From Pyrinomonadaceae bacterium (GTDB lineage Bacteria; Acidobacteriota; Blastocatellia; Pyrinomonadales; Pyrinomonadaceae), in the NCBI GenBank assembly GCA_035571655.1, contig DATNCH010000290.1:541-64540 (forward strand): 64,000 nucleotides of DNA. The letters are read 5' to 3'. A program made the position numbers and the translations under genes. The notes beneath the pieces are model-generated. The model did not search any database and was not told the origin of the DNA. It saw nothing but the letters and a program-made list of their open reading frames with translations. This document shows positions 36,194 to 46,726 of this stretch, one piece after another; positions within the stretch are counted from its first letter, which is position 1, and the number at the start of each line of letters is the position of its first letter.

Positions 36194-36269
36194 CTTCATT
36201 TGCTTTGTGGCCTCCTCGCCCACTCCATAAAACTGAAACAATTCGGGCGGTCGGAAAGTATAGAGCCCT

Positions 36270-38084
36270 ATGACAACCCCGGAATCTGCGCAAGCACCCT
36301 CCCGCACGTTAAGACTGTGGCCCGGCATCATCGCAGTGGCGCTGCTTTTCATTTCGCGATTCGGTGTGAAGGCACTCATACCCGGAATAGAAGGTTTCGG
36401 AAAGGGTATGTTGGGCTCCTTCGGCTTCGTCATAGTCTTTCTCATATGGTGGGCCTTCTTTAGTCGCGCCGCGTGGGTCGAGCGCTTGAGCGCCATCGGA
36501 CTCTTCGCAGTTGCACTTGGCGGAACGTGGCTGCTGCGTCACGAGTCGATGTGGATGCTCTGGCTCCTCGGTTACGCCATCCCTGGGTTGTGTCTTGCTT
36601 TTATCATCTGGGCTGTGGCCACCCGTCGATTGCCCGATCGAGTCAGAAGGATAACGATGGTGGCGACGATTTTACTCGCATGCGGAGTGTGGCTCTTCGT
36701 ACGCGAAGACGGCATCAACGGCGATCACGTCGCGCGTTTTGGATGGCGCTGGACGGCCAGCCCCGAAGAACGTCTGCTGGCCCAAACTGCCAATCAACCT
36801 GTCACAGCTCCGGTCGCAGCACCCACGATTGCCGCCACCACTGCTGCACAGCCCGCTGCGTCACCTTCGGTCGCGCCTGCGACGGAGACTGCAACCTCAG
36901 CCGCACCTACATCACCCGCAGCACCCGCAGCACCCGCGAAAGCACAACCTGAATGGCCCGGGTTTCGTGGGCCACGTCGTGATGGTGTCGTTCGCGGCGT
37001 GCGAATCAAGACCGACTGGTCTGGTTCACCACCGGCGCAGGTCTGGCGTCATCCTGTTGGACCAGGCTGGTCGTCGTTCGCCGTCGCCGGCGATCTTATG
37101 TACACGCAGGAACAACGCGGTGAGGACGAAGTCGTTGCGTGTTACAAAGCGAGCACCGGCGACCCCGTGTGGTCACACCGCGACAAGGCAAGGTTCTTTG
37201 AATCGAACGCCGGTGCTGGACCGCGCGGAACGCCGGCCCTCAGCAATGGTCGCGTCTACGCGTTTGGTGCAACGGGAATCCTGAACGCACTCGACGCTTC
37301 GACGGGTTCGCTTATCTGGACACACAACGTCGCCGCTGAAACCAGTACGAAGACTCCGTTCTGGGGATTTGCGAGTTCGCCGTTAGTGATTGGTGACACG
37401 GTGATCGTTGCGGCGTCGGGCAGGCTCGTTGCGTACGACGCTGCGAACGGAAAACAACGCTGGCTTGGTCCAAGCGCCGGAGGAAGCTACAGCTCACCGC
37501 AACTCGTAACGATCGGCGGCGTTCCGCAAGTCCTGTTTATGAGTGACTCCGGGCTGATCAGCGTTAACCCAGCAGACGGCAAGCAGATTTGGAACCATCA
37601 GTGGGCAGGCAATTTCATGGTGCAGCCGGCGCTCACCGCCGACGGCGATGTGCTGATAACAAGTCAGGAGAACGGCACGCGCAGCATTGCTGTAACGCAC
37701 AATTCCGGCGGATGGAACGTTCAGGAAAAATGGACCTCGAACGGGCTCAAACCCTATTTCAACGACTTTGTCGTACACAAGGGTTATGCTTACGGCTTCG
37801 ACGGCCGTATCCTCTCGTGCATCGATCTCAAGGACGGTCAGCGCAAGTGGAAAGGCGGCCGCTACGGCAACGGCCAACTCATGTTGCTGCCCGATCAAGA
37901 CTTGCTCCTGGTTGTGTCGGAAGAAGGTGAACTGGCATTAGTCGGCGCCACGCCGGATCAATTCACCGAGCTTGCGAAGGTCGCAGGTATTCAGGGTAAG
38001 ACGTGGAACCACCCCGCACTGGTGGGCGATCTATTACTGGTCCGCAACGCAGAAGAGATGGCCGCATTCCGCCTCTCGCGATGA
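36270..38084 (+). CDS. Membrane-anchored PQQ-like beta-propeller protein
   Basis: About five N-terminal TM helices, an Ala/Pro/Thr-rich linker, then propeller blades (ALDASTGSLIWTH, AYDAANGKQRWLG, VNPADGKQIWNH, IDLKDGQRKWKG). Confidence 0.7.
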   Translation: MTTPESAQAPSRTLRLWPGIIAVALLFISRFGVKALIPGIEGFGKGMLGSFGFVIVFLIWWAFFSRAAWVERLSAIGLFAVALGGTWLLRHESMWMLWLLGYAIPGLCLAFIIWAVATRRLPDRVRRITMVATILLACGVWLFVREDGINGDHVARFGWRWTASPEERLLAQTANQPVTAPVAAPTIAATTAAQPAASPSVAPATETATSAAPTSPAAPAAPAKAQPEWPGFRGPRRDGVVRGVRIKTDWSGSPPAQVWRHPVGPGWSSFAVAGDLMYTQEQRGEDEVVACYKASTGDPVWSHRDKARFFESNAGAGPRGTPALSNGRVYAFGATGILNALDASTGSLIWTHNVAAETSTKTPFWGFASSPLVIGDTVIVAASGRLVAYDAANGKQRWLGPSAGGSYSSPQLVTIGGVPQVLFMSDSGLISVNPADGKQIWNHQWAGNFMVQPALTADGDVLITSQENGTRSIAVTHNSGGWNVQEKWTSNGLKPYFNDFVVHKGYAYGFDGRILSCIDLKDGQRKWKGGRYGNGQLMLLPDQDLLLVVSEEGELALVGATPDQFTELAKVAGIQGKTWNHPALVGDLLLVRNAEEMAAFRLSR

Positions 38085-39814
38085 GCCACACGAAGGCACA
38101 AAAACAATATCGACTAGCGATCGTCGTATTGATGTTCGCGTTCGTGTTCTCATCAACCTACGCACAGACTCAGCAGGACGACAACAATGCACAGTTGCGT
38201 GAAAAGGCGTTTAGTCTGCTCGAGTCAGTGGCGGGTCAGCTCAATACCTTACAGTCCGGAGAAAACCGAGCACGCTTAGGCGCCAACATTGTAGATTCAC
38301 TTTGGAAGCATGACGAAAAGCGCGCGCGAGCTCTGTTGCTTCTGGTCCAGGACGACATAAACGCCGGATTGGACATCAAGAAACGAGTCCAGCAAACAGA
38401 CGCAGACGAGTACACGTTCATAGTGTTTTCAAAGTTGCGCGTCGACACGACTGAACGAGTCGCGAAGTACGATAGCGAGGCGGCACTCGCATTTTTACAG
38501 GCAACCGCTCCACGCTCCGAGAAGCCTTTAGCGGAATTTGTCGTTCAGAACGAACGAGAGCTCGAATTACGACTAGCCAACCAGATAGCCGCGAGCAATC
38601 CGGACGCGGCACTGAAGGTAGCGCGAAAATCGTTGGACCAGGGCTTCTCGAGCGATCTCGTTGCGTTATTAATGCAACTCAACAGGAAATACAAAGAGCA
38701 GGCGCTGATCCTGTACAAAGAGATCGTTTCCAAACTCAAAGACGCCGACTTCACATCGAATTGGGAAGTCAGCAACTTCGTTGAGACCCTGGCCCAATTC
38801 AAACCGCCGGCAGCAGACCCGGCTACGTATCGAGAACTTGTCTCGCTGCTTACATCCAGTGCCCTGGCAAAGGGATGTGCAAACAAGATGAGTGAGGAAG
38901 ATGAACGAGTAGATTACTGCCGGTGGGTTACAGCGCTCGTTCCGCGAATGCAAACGATTGATCCACGCGCCTCCAAGCTTCAGCAATGGGCGCCGGAGGC
39001 CGGGCCGCCAGAGCAGTCAGAAGATAATTTTGATATGACCGAGGTCGGGCGGACCGCAGACCCCGATAACTCGCTTACCCTGGTAACAAAATATCCGGAC
39101 CGTGCAGACGAGATTGTTTCTCAAGTAATAAATAAGCTCCGTATCTCCGGTGAATTCGAAGCAGCGCGAAAAATCGCGAACCGTTATCTTCGTGATGACG
39201 GCACGCGGCAACTAATGCTGTTTCAACTCGGTTACGATGAAAAATTCAGTAAGCTTGACGAACAGACACTGGCGGAAATCGAGGCGAGAATCAATGCCAT
39301 CGAAGACGCCGACGAACGCATCAATGCGTTGATGGAAATATACCGTCAGTATGGTGGTAATAATCCAAAGACTTCTTTGAAGCTACTGAACCAGGCGGCC
39401 GAAATCATCGACGCGATGAAACCCGGTCGGGAGCAGACACTATCGCAGATTACCCTCGCGATGATGTATTGTCTGGAAAAGAACGATCGCGGGTTGTCGA
39501 TGATGGAATCGCTCTTGCCGAAGCTGAACGAGCTCGTGGACGTCGCGGCAAAGCTCGACGGGTACGAGACGAGATATCTTCGGGACGGCGAGTGGAACAT
39601 GTCCGCGAATGGCGCGGTTGGCGAGCTCCTGACGGTTCTGGCCCAGAATGCGGCGTATTTCGCGTGGTGTGATTTTGATCGCGCCGTGAGTCTGGCAGCC
39701 AGATTCGATAGAAATGAAATTCGTCTGATGGCACAGGTGAAACTCGCGCAGGGAATTCTGGCTGGACCACCCAAACGCGTCCGGCAACAACCTCAAACGC
39801 TTTATCGTAATTGA
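38081..39814 (+). CDS. Secreted hypothetical helical-repeat protein
   Basis: ATGA overlap with the previous gene. Signal-like MSHTKAQKQYRLAIVVLMFAFVFSSTYAQ. No recognisable motif. Confidence 0.5.
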   Translation: MSHTKAQKQYRLAIVVLMFAFVFSSTYAQTQQDDNNAQLREKAFSLLESVAGQLNTLQSGENRARLGANIVDSLWKHDEKRARALLLLVQDDINAGLDIKKRVQQTDADEYTFIVFSKLRVDTTERVAKYDSEAALAFLQATAPRSEKPLAEFVVQNERELELRLANQIAASNPDAALKVARKSLDQGFSSDLVALLMQLNRKYKEQALILYKEIVSKLKDADFTSNWEVSNFVETLAQFKPPAADPATYRELVSLLTSSALAKGCANKMSEEDERVDYCRWVTALVPRMQTIDPRASKLQQWAPEAGPPEQSEDNFDMTEVGRTADPDNSLTLVTKYPDRADEIVSQVINKLRISGEFEAARKIANRYLRDDGTRQLMLFQLGYDEKFSKLDEQTLAEIEARINAIEDADERINALMEIYRQYGGNNPKTSLKLLNQAAEIIDAMKPGREQTLSQITLAMMYCLEKNDRGLSMMESLLPKLNELVDVAAKLDGYETRYLRDGEWNMSANGAVGELLTVLAQNAAYFAWCDFDRAVSLAARFDRNEIRLMAQVKLAQGILAGPPKRVRQQPQTLYRN

Positions 39815-39959
39815 GCGCCACTGTCGTGGTTCGTCACGATGGACCCCCGATGAGCCCCGATGAGCTAATGTCACGGAACGTTAAGACTCCTGGTTAACGC
39901 GGCGGCCGTTGTGCGAGCTCGGGTTGAAGACCGCTGACGACCTTCGCTAAGAGGCACAA

Positions 39960-41924
39960 ATGCAAAACATAAGACCCAAGGAACTCACTGTACGCGGCCT
40001 GATTCTCGGCGCGCTAATTACCACTGTGTTCACCGCAGCCAACGTCTATCTTGGTCTGAAGGTTGGTCTCACGTTCGCTTCGTCGATACCCGCGGCGGTG
40101 ATCTCGATGGCGATCTTGAGCGTCGTGCGAGACTCGTCGATCCTCGAGAACAACATCGTTCAGACGGTCGCGTCAGCAGCCGGCACGCTGTCGGCGATCA
40201 TCTTTGTTCTGCCTGGGCTCGTGATCGTGGGTTGGTGGACGGGATTTCCGTTTTGGTATTCGTTTCTGATCTGTCTTGCCGGTGGCGTGCTCGGAGTGTT
40301 GTTTACAATCCCGCTGCGGCGCGCGCTCGTTACTAATTCCGATCTGCCGTACCCGGAAGGCGTGGCTGCCGCGGAGGTGTTGAAAGTCGGATCCGGCACG
40401 CGAGGTGAAACAAAGGACGAGACCGGCGAAGCGCGAGAAGGTCTCATCGCAGTCATTCTCGGATCCGTTGCCTCTGCCGGACTCGCGATCATCAGTGCGA
40501 CACGAATCGCCGCCGCTGACATTGTCGGATTCTTCGCGCTGGGCGGAGGAGCATCGAGCGGATACAGAATCACTTTCTCCCTGGCGCTCGTCGGCGCAGG
40601 CCATCTTGTCGGACTCTCCGTGGGACTCGCAATGCTAACCGGACTGATCATCGCGTGGGTAATCGCAGTGCCCATCCTGACGTCGATGCAACCTGCGGCC
40701 GCCGGTGTGGCGCTCGCCGACCACACGCAAAGAATCTGGGCCACGCAGGTGCGCTTCATCGGCGCCGGAGCGATTGCGGTCGCCGCGATCTTCACGCTCG
40801 CGAAACTCGCAAAGCCTGTTGTTGGTGGACTCGTCACGACACTCGCGAGTTCTCGAGCCACAGCAGTCGCCGACGATCGCGATCGTGACCTCTCGCCGGG
40901 TTGGATTCTGGTGCTCACGATCGCGTGTCTGCTCCTCAGTGGCTGGCTGGCTTTCAGCTTCGCGCGAACGACGGTGCTCGCACCGTACGCCGTTAAGCTC
41001 ACGTTGATCGCGATACCGTTCGTGTTGATTGGCGGCTTTCTCATTGCGGGGATCTGCGGCTATATGGCCGGACTGATCGGCGCCTCAAACAGTCCGATTT
41101 CCGGTGTCGGAATTTTGTCGATCGTCGCGTGTGCTTCGCTACTGATTCTCGCTGTGGCGCCGACGCCAGATACTCAATCCGCGCTCGTCGCGTTCGCGCT
41201 ATTCGTGACGGCAATCGTCTTCGCCTGTGCGACGATCTCCAACGATAACTTGCAGGACTTGAAGACAGGTCAACTCGTTGGCGCCTCGCCGATGCGACAA
41301 CAGATCGCGTTGATTGTCGGCGTGGCAGCGGGTGCAGTTGTGATTCCGTTCGTGCTCAATTTGCTGGCGAGGGCTTATGGGTTTGCGGGCGCTGCGAACG
41401 TGGGCGTTGTGGGCGGTGGCGAGCCGTTACCCGCGCCACAGGCAACGCTCATCTCCGCACTCGCGCGAGGTGTGATCGGCGGTAGTCTCGAATGGAAGAT
41501 GATCGGCATCGGCGTGCTCGTCGGTGTTGGTCTGATCATATTGGACCTCGTGCTGGCCGCAATGAACAAAATGCGCATTCCGCCGCTGGCGGTGGGCATT
41601 GGTATCTACTTGCCGATGTCTGCGACGTTTGCGGTTGTCGTTGGTGCAGTGATCTCTTACTGGTACGATCGGCGCATACGTAAACTGCCAAATCCGGAGC
41701 GTGCGGAGCGACTGGGCACTCTGGTGGCGTCGGGATTGATCGTGGGCGAGAGTCTGTGGGGAGTCGTCCTGGCCGGACTGATTGTTGCGACCGCGAGCAA
41801 CGCGCCGCTTGGATTGGTGCCTGAAGAGTTTTGGCCGGCGCCCTGGCTCGGTGGGCTGTTATTTATTGCCCTGATTGTTTTGTTGTACCGGTGGATGCTG
41901 CGCCGGTCAGCAGCAGTGCGTTGA
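39960..41924 (+). CDS. OPT-family oligopeptide transporter
   Basis: N-terminal ELTVRGLILGALITTVFTAANVYLGLKVGLTFASSIPAAVISMAI and about 16 TM segments. Confidence 0.85.
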   Translation: MQNIRPKELTVRGLILGALITTVFTAANVYLGLKVGLTFASSIPAAVISMAILSVVRDSSILENNIVQTVASAAGTLSAIIFVLPGLVIVGWWTGFPFWYSFLICLAGGVLGVLFTIPLRRALVTNSDLPYPEGVAAAEVLKVGSGTRGETKDETGEAREGLIAVILGSVASAGLAIISATRIAAADIVGFFALGGGASSGYRITFSLALVGAGHLVGLSVGLAMLTGLIIAWVIAVPILTSMQPAAAGVALADHTQRIWATQVRFIGAGAIAVAAIFTLAKLAKPVVGGLVTTLASSRATAVADDRDRDLSPGWILVLTIACLLLSGWLAFSFARTTVLAPYAVKLTLIAIPFVLIGGFLIAGICGYMAGLIGASNSPISGVGILSIVACASLLILAVAPTPDTQSALVAFALFVTAIVFACATISNDNLQDLKTGQLVGASPMRQQIALIVGVAAGAVVIPFVLNLLARAYGFAGAANVGVVGGGEPLPAPQATLISALARGVIGGSLEWKMIGIGVLVGVGLIILDLVLAAMNKMRIPPLAVGIGIYLPMSATFAVVVGAVISYWYDRRIRKLPNPERAERLGTLVASGLIVGESLWGVVLAGLIVATASNAPLGLVPEEFWPAPWLGGLLFIALIVLLYRWMLRRSAAVR

Positions 41925-42751
41925 ATCAGAACATTATCAAGCTTCTCCGATCGTGCCGGCATGCCGCTCTGCTCGCATTAGTGCCGCTTGATTACGTTGC
42001 GCGAGTAGTGAATGGCAAAGCAGAGTTGCCGCCGCTACACCTTCGCAGGTACGTCGGCCCGCTGCGAAGTTTTGAAGCGTCAGGCGCGGAGTTTATGGGC
42101 CACCTGCGGACGCTCGCGAACTTGCGAGCGGACGAGCGTGTGTTGGACATCGGCTGTGGCTGTGGCCAGATGGCGCTTCATCTCGAGCAGTATCTCGATC
42201 AAAAAGGAAGTTACGTTGGCGTAGACATACATGGACCATCGATCAGGTGGTGTCAGCGCAACGTCAGCAAACGGCGCGACAACTTCGAGTTCGCACACAT
42301 CGATGTCCGCAATCTCGCTTTCAACCCTGTCGCGAAGCATGCCGCCGAGAGTTACCAATTCTCGTATGACTCGTGCTCGTTCGATCTGATTTTGTTGAAG
42401 TCGGTCTTCACACACATGCGCCCGGGTGAGGTTGATAATTACCTCGGTGAGGTGGTGCGACTGATGAAGAACGACGGCCGATGTTTGGCGACGTTCTTTC
42501 TCCTTAATGAACAACAGGCGAGACTTGCGCGTGAGGGGAAAAATGCATTGCCATTCCCCTACGGCGAAGGAATTTGGCGCTACCGCTACGAGCACTCGCC
42601 GGAGAGTGCCGTTGCTTACGATGAGACTTACGTACTGGAGCTGCTCGACAAACACGGTCTCGCATTAAAAACACCGATCCAATACGGCCACTGGTCCGGA
42701 CGCGACGACGCCCTATCGTTTCAGGATATCTTGTTGCTGGGAAAAAAGTAG
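41831..42751 (+). CDS. Class I SAM-dependent methyltransferase
   Basis: Motif I VLDIGCGCGQMA. The true start is probably downstream of the OPT stop (41924). The coordinate given is the ORF-track start. Confidence 0.7.
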   Translation: MAGALARWAVIYCPDCFVVPVDAAPVSSSALNQNIIKLLRSCRHAALLALVPLDYVARVVNGKAELPPLHLRRYVGPLRSFEASGAEFMGHLRTLANLRADERVLDIGCGCGQMALHLEQYLDQKGSYVGVDIHGPSIRWCQRNVSKRRDNFEFAHIDVRNLAFNPVAKHAAESYQFSYDSCSFDLILLKSVFTHMRPGEVDNYLGEVVRLMKNDGRCLATFFLLNEQQARLAREGKNALPFPYGEGIWRYRYEHSPESAVAYDETYVLELLDKHGLALKTPIQYGHWSGRDDALSFQDILLLGKK

Positions 42752-42841
42752 CCACAAAAGGCACAAAAGGCACACAAGATTGATGAAAAGTGCGACTTCA
42801 ATTCATTCAATTCATTTGTGCTTTATGTGCCTTTTTGTGGC
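42751..42841. repeat. Family-A palindromic element (complete)
   Basis: GCCACAAAAGGCACAAAAGGCACAC...TTTGTGCTTTATGTGCCTTTTTGTGGC, starting 1 nt after the methyltransferase stop. Confidence 0.9.
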
Positions 42842-43067
42842 CCTAATCGTTGACTTTTCAAACTCCTCCGCATTAAATCTTTCCGCCATTTAATTCCCTT
42901 CCGAGCGTGATGCAACTGCTCGCTCCGGGAGATATCGTGAAATAGTTTCACTTCTCCTCGCAATCGGAAGCGGTTTAGAACGAGCACGGGCGTAAATACG
43001 TAAATTTCTGCTGACGAGAACTTATCCCGCCAGCCTCACAGTCAACCTCTGGACCAAGGAGTATTTA

Positions 43068-43469
43068 ATGAGCGCACAACTCTTGAAAGCACCCACCGCA
43101 ACATCAGTCAAACTGATCAATTTCACCAGGGCGCGTATTGTTCCCGGGATTGTTAACAACACATGGATCCTGATCGTGGAAGGAACGAAACCATGTCTCA
43201 ACATGACGGTGCGGCTTAGCCCGTTGATTTATGTCCGCAAACCTGAGTATTGGGGAATCGAAGTCGTTGGCTCGGTTCCTGGCTTCTGTTTACCGGTTGT
43301 TTCGCCGTATTCAGTCTCGCTGCCTCTCGACCATATCATCGGGACTAAAGGAATCGAAGTGATCGGCGCGAAAAAGAGAAAGAAGATAGATGTGCCCGGC
43401 GCTTCCGGAGGACCGGTTGTGAGTCAGAAGAGTAAGAAGACTAAGAAGAGAGCATCGAAGAAGAAGTAA
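43068..43469 (+). CDS. Hypothetical protein with a Lys-rich C-terminal tail
   Basis: 133-aa ORF with aaggag about 8 nt upstream. No known motif. Confidence 0.4.
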   Translation: MSAQLLKAPTATSVKLINFTRARIVPGIVNNTWILIVEGTKPCLNMTVRLSPLIYVRKPEYWGIEVVGSVPGFCLPVVSPYSVSLPLDHIIGTKGIEVIGAKKRKKIDVPGASGGPVVSQKSKKTKKRASKKK

Positions 43470-43480
43470 TGCACATCTGT

Positions 43481-43530
43481 TTCTTTGTGTCTCTGTGGTA
43501 GAGTAAACCGCACCACAGAGACACAGAGAA
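43481..43530. repeat. Palindromic element related to family B (CTCTGTGG variant)
   Basis: TTCTTTGTGTCTCTGTGGT (12-nt loop) ACCACAGAGACACAGAGAA. 19-bp arms with 1 mismatch. Confidence 0.8.
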
Positions 43531-43539
43531 CGCAGAAGA

Positions 43540-44007
43540 TTGATGTCGAGCACAACCGTCATCTCGCGTGAACGTCCTGACACCGGCGACGCTCGCGTCC
43601 TGATCACAGAGCTGGACGCGTACCTCATCCCGCTCTCACCAAAAGAAAGCCGTCACGGATACCCGGTCGAGAAGTTAATGAACGAGGACGTGCCCTTCTT
43701 CATCATCCGCGACAACGGAATCGCCGTTGGCTGCGGTGCAGTGAAACTCTGTGGCACGGAGTACGGCGAGATCAAACGAATGTACATCCGACCGCAGTTT
43801 CGCGGTTTGGGTTTTGCCAAATTGATGTTGGACCATCTCGCTAACTATGCGCGCAGTCAGGGGATTACAATACTGCGACTCGAGACGGGTATCGCTCAAC
43901 CCGAAGCGATTGGATTCTACGAGCGCGCGGGCTTTCAGTTGATCGCTCCTTTCGGAGAATACAAGCCCGACCCTCTCAGCAGATTTTATGAAAAACGAAT
44001 TGCATAA
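43540..44007 (+). CDS. GNAT-family N-acetyltransferase
   Basis: Motif A region IKRMYIRPQFRGLGFAKLML. Confidence 0.8.
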   Translation: MMSSTTVISRERPDTGDARVLITELDAYLIPLSPKESRHGYPVEKLMNEDVPFFIIRDNGIAVGCGAVKLCGTEYGEIKRMYIRPQFRGLGFAKLMLDHLANYARSQGITILRLETGIAQPEAIGFYERAGFQLIAPFGEYKPDPLSRFYEKRIA

Positions 44008-44021
44008 CGAGGTGATCACTA

Positions 44022-44537
44022 GTGCCGGTTGAAGGTCTCAAAATCCGTCGCGCAGAACCGGATGACTCTTTGGACCTCTATGAAATGTTCCATGGTCCAA
44101 AGCTGTATACCGGCACAATGCAGTTGCCATATCCGTCACGCGAACAGTGGCGAAAGCGGCTGTCTTCAGAAGAGACTGACGGTCATTACAACCTTGTCGC
44201 CGTCGTCGAGAATCGCGTCATCGGCCTGGTCGGTGTCGAAACTTTCCCAAACAGACCTCGAAGACGACACGTCGGACGAATCGGAATTAGCGTGGACGAC
44301 GACTGGCAAGGTAAAGGTGTTGGAACTGCTCTGCTGGCCGCTGCTGTGGATCTCGCCGACAACTGGCTCAACCTCACACGACTCGAGCTCGAAGTGTACG
44401 CGGACAACGAAGCCGGGATTCACCTGTATGAGCGGTTTGGTTTTGTCCACGAGGGACTAATGCGACAACACGCCTTCCGCGATGGAGTTTACGTCGACTC
44501 GATCATGATGGGTCGCTTGCGCCCGCCCAGGAGCTGA
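44022..44537 (+). CDS. GNAT-family N-acetyltransferase
   Basis: GTG start; ISVDDDWQGKGVGTALLAAAV...YERFGF. Confidence 0.8.
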   Translation: MPVEGLKIRRAEPDDSLDLYEMFHGPKLYTGTMQLPYPSREQWRKRLSSEETDGHYNLVAVVENRVIGLVGVETFPNRPRRRHVGRIGISVDDDWQGKGVGTALLAAAVDLADNWLNLTRLELEVYADNEAGIHLYERFGFVHEGLMRQHAFRDGVYVDSIMMGRLRPPRS

Positions 44538-44637
44538 TACCTGCCGTTTGGAAATGTTGACAAACAAACACGTGAAAGATAACGTGCCCGAGCTTTAACA
44601 AAACCTCCCGACAGGTCCTCAGATTAAAAGGAGAAAT

Positions 44638-44970
44638 ATGTCAGTACAAATCGTTATCAGTCAAAAAGGCCCCCTCCCCATCTCAACAGCTTTCCAGGCG
44701 CTCGGCGATCTCCAGATGACCCTGGTAGTCCACGGATCAGTTTGGACTCAAACCGCGAACCAAATGATTGGGATTGTGGTTCAGCTCGATGGCCAGACCA
44801 TTGGGCAGGCCCAAATCTTCTCTAATGCAAGCGCGACCCACCGGGCGGTTGTGCCTGCATATATTCCGGTTCAGCTAACCTATGGACAGCATAAACTCAC
44901 CTTAAGCGCGTTACCGGGTAGCACCACATCGGATCTCAACGACTTTTACACTGCCGTCCTGCATTATTAG
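44638..44970 (+). CDS. Hypothetical small protein
   Basis: 110-aa ORF with aaggag 7 nt upstream and a beta-rich sequence. No motif recognised. Confidence 0.4.
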   Translation: MSVQIVISQKGPLPISTAFQALGDLQMTLVVHGSVWTQTANQMIGIVVQLDGQTIGQAQIFSNASATHRAVVPAYIPVQLTYGQHKLTLSALPGSTTSDLNDFYTAVLHY

Positions 44971-45036
44971 GACAAACGTGCTAAGGCGAAGGAGGCGCCC
45001 TCACCTCCTTCGCCCCACTCTTGGAACCAGATTGAA

Positions 45037-46698
45037 ATGAATAAAAACATTTTCGCCATCGTCGCATTGTTGAGCGTCTCACTCGTGTCGCGCTCGGCAT
45101 CAGCGCAGGAAATGCACCCGCACCGGCACGACAGTTCAGAGAAGCTTGGGGCGGTTAATTTCTCTGTGTCGTGTAAACCTGCTGCGCAGAAACAATTCAA
45201 TCGTGCCGTCGCATGGCTCCACTCGTTCGAGTATGAAGAAGCGGAAAAGGCGTTCACGGAAGTGGGGCAGATCGATCAGCAATGCAGCATGGCTTACTGG
45301 GGCATCGCGATGACGCACTATCATCCGCTCTGGGCGCCTCCCACTGCTGCGGAGTTGAACAAGGGTTTGACCGCGGTTCAGAAAGCGAAGGAAATCGGCA
45401 GTGGAACTCCGCGCGAGCAGGCGTATATCGCTGCGATCGAAACCTTCTACAGCAATCACGACAAAGTCGATCACCGAACGCGGACTTTCGCGTACAGCGA
45501 CGCGATGAAGCAAGTTCACGAGCGCCATCCGTCTGACCGCGAAGCCGGTGTTTTTTACGCACTATCGCTCATCGCCACCGGGACGATGGTGCAAGACAAG
45601 ACTTATGTGAGAGAGAAAGAGGCAGCGCAGATTTTGAATCGCGTTCTCGCTATCGAGCCACAGCACCCCGGCGTCGCTCACTATCTGATCCACAGTTACG
45701 ACTATCCTGCACTCGCGGAACTGGCCCTACCGGCGGCGCGAGCGTATGCGAAGATTGCTCCGTCATCCGCGCACGCGCAACACATGCCTTCACACATCTT
45801 TACGCGGCTTGGTTTGTGGCAGGAGGCAATCAAGTCAAACCTCGACGCAAAGTCGGCAGCAGAAGCTTTTGCGGTGAGAAATAAGATGTCGGCCGTGTGG
45901 GACGAGCAGCTTCACGCGATGGACTATCTCACGTACGCATACCTGCAACGTGCGCAGGACAAGCAGGCAGCGGACGTGCTCGCCGAGTTATACAAGATTC
46001 AGAAAACGGAACCGGAAACTTTCAAAGTTGCCTACGCGTTCACTGCAATTCCCGCGCGTTATGCGCTCGAGCGCCGGCAGTGGAAAGAAGCTGCGATGCT
46101 GCAATTCCCGCCGCCGGAATTGAAAAGCTTTCCGTGGCAGCGTTTCCCATGGGCTGTGGCACATATTCATTTTGCTCGCGCACTCGGCGCCGCGCGCATG
46201 GGCGACACGGCTGTGGCGCGTGTTGAAGTCGAGAAGTTGAGTGCTATCCAGGAGGCGCTCGTTCAAGCGAAAGGTGATTACGATTGGGCCAAACAGGTTG
46301 ACATCCAACGAATGGTTGCGTCCGCGTGGTTGGCGTACGCGGAAGGCAAAAATGATGAGGCGCTTCAGTTAGTTCGTAAAGCCGCGGATCTGGATGATGC
46401 GACTGAGAAGCATCCGGTGACGCCAGGCGCGATTGTTCCCGCTCGCGAACAACTGGGCGAATTATTGCTGGAACTCAAGCAACCCACGGCAGCGCTAACG
46501 GAGTTTGAAGCTTCCTTCCGCAGCACGCCTTATCGCTTCAACGGGATGTACGGCGCCGCGCGTGCCGCGAGACTCGCAGGCGATCAGCAGCGTGCGAGGG
46601 GTTACTATGAAAAGCTGCTGGCGCTCACGGACAACTCAGGTTCCGCGCGACCGGAGATCGACGAGGCAAAGACATTCCTCACCACGGCGACGCGTTGA
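45037..46698 (+). CDS. Secreted TPR-like hypothetical protein
   Basis: Signal peptide MNKNIFAIVALLSVSLVSRSASAQ followed by helical-repeat sequence. Confidence 0.5.
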   Translation: MNKNIFAIVALLSVSLVSRSASAQEMHPHRHDSSEKLGAVNFSVSCKPAAQKQFNRAVAWLHSFEYEEAEKAFTEVGQIDQQCSMAYWGIAMTHYHPLWAPPTAAELNKGLTAVQKAKEIGSGTPREQAYIAAIETFYSNHDKVDHRTRTFAYSDAMKQVHERHPSDREAGVFYALSLIATGTMVQDKTYVREKEAAQILNRVLAIEPQHPGVAHYLIHSYDYPALAELALPAARAYAKIAPSSAHAQHMPSHIFTRLGLWQEAIKSNLDAKSAAEAFAVRNKMSAVWDEQLHAMDYLTYAYLQRAQDKQAADVLAELYKIQKTEPETFKVAYAFTAIPARYALERRQWKEAAMLQFPPPELKSFPWQRFPWAVAHIHFARALGAARMGDTAVARVEVEKLSAIQEALVQAKGDYDWAKQVDIQRMVASAWLAYAEGKNDEALQLVRKAADLDDATEKHPVTPGAIVPAREQLGELLLELKQPTAALTEFEASFRSTPYRFNGMYGAARAARLAGDQQRARGYYEKLLALTDNSGSARPEIDEAKTFLTTATR

Positions 46699-46726
46699 GT
46701 GTTTGTGAGTCGTGAGCCTCTTACAT

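Noticed and set aside
40160-41044. 294-aa ORF antisense to the OPT transporter, plus 10643..11182, 19379..20026, 31686..32414, 32499..33137 and 33408..33971.
   Set aside because: All are nested in well-supported genes on the opposite strand and are low-complexity (Ala/Ser/Arg/Pro-rich).
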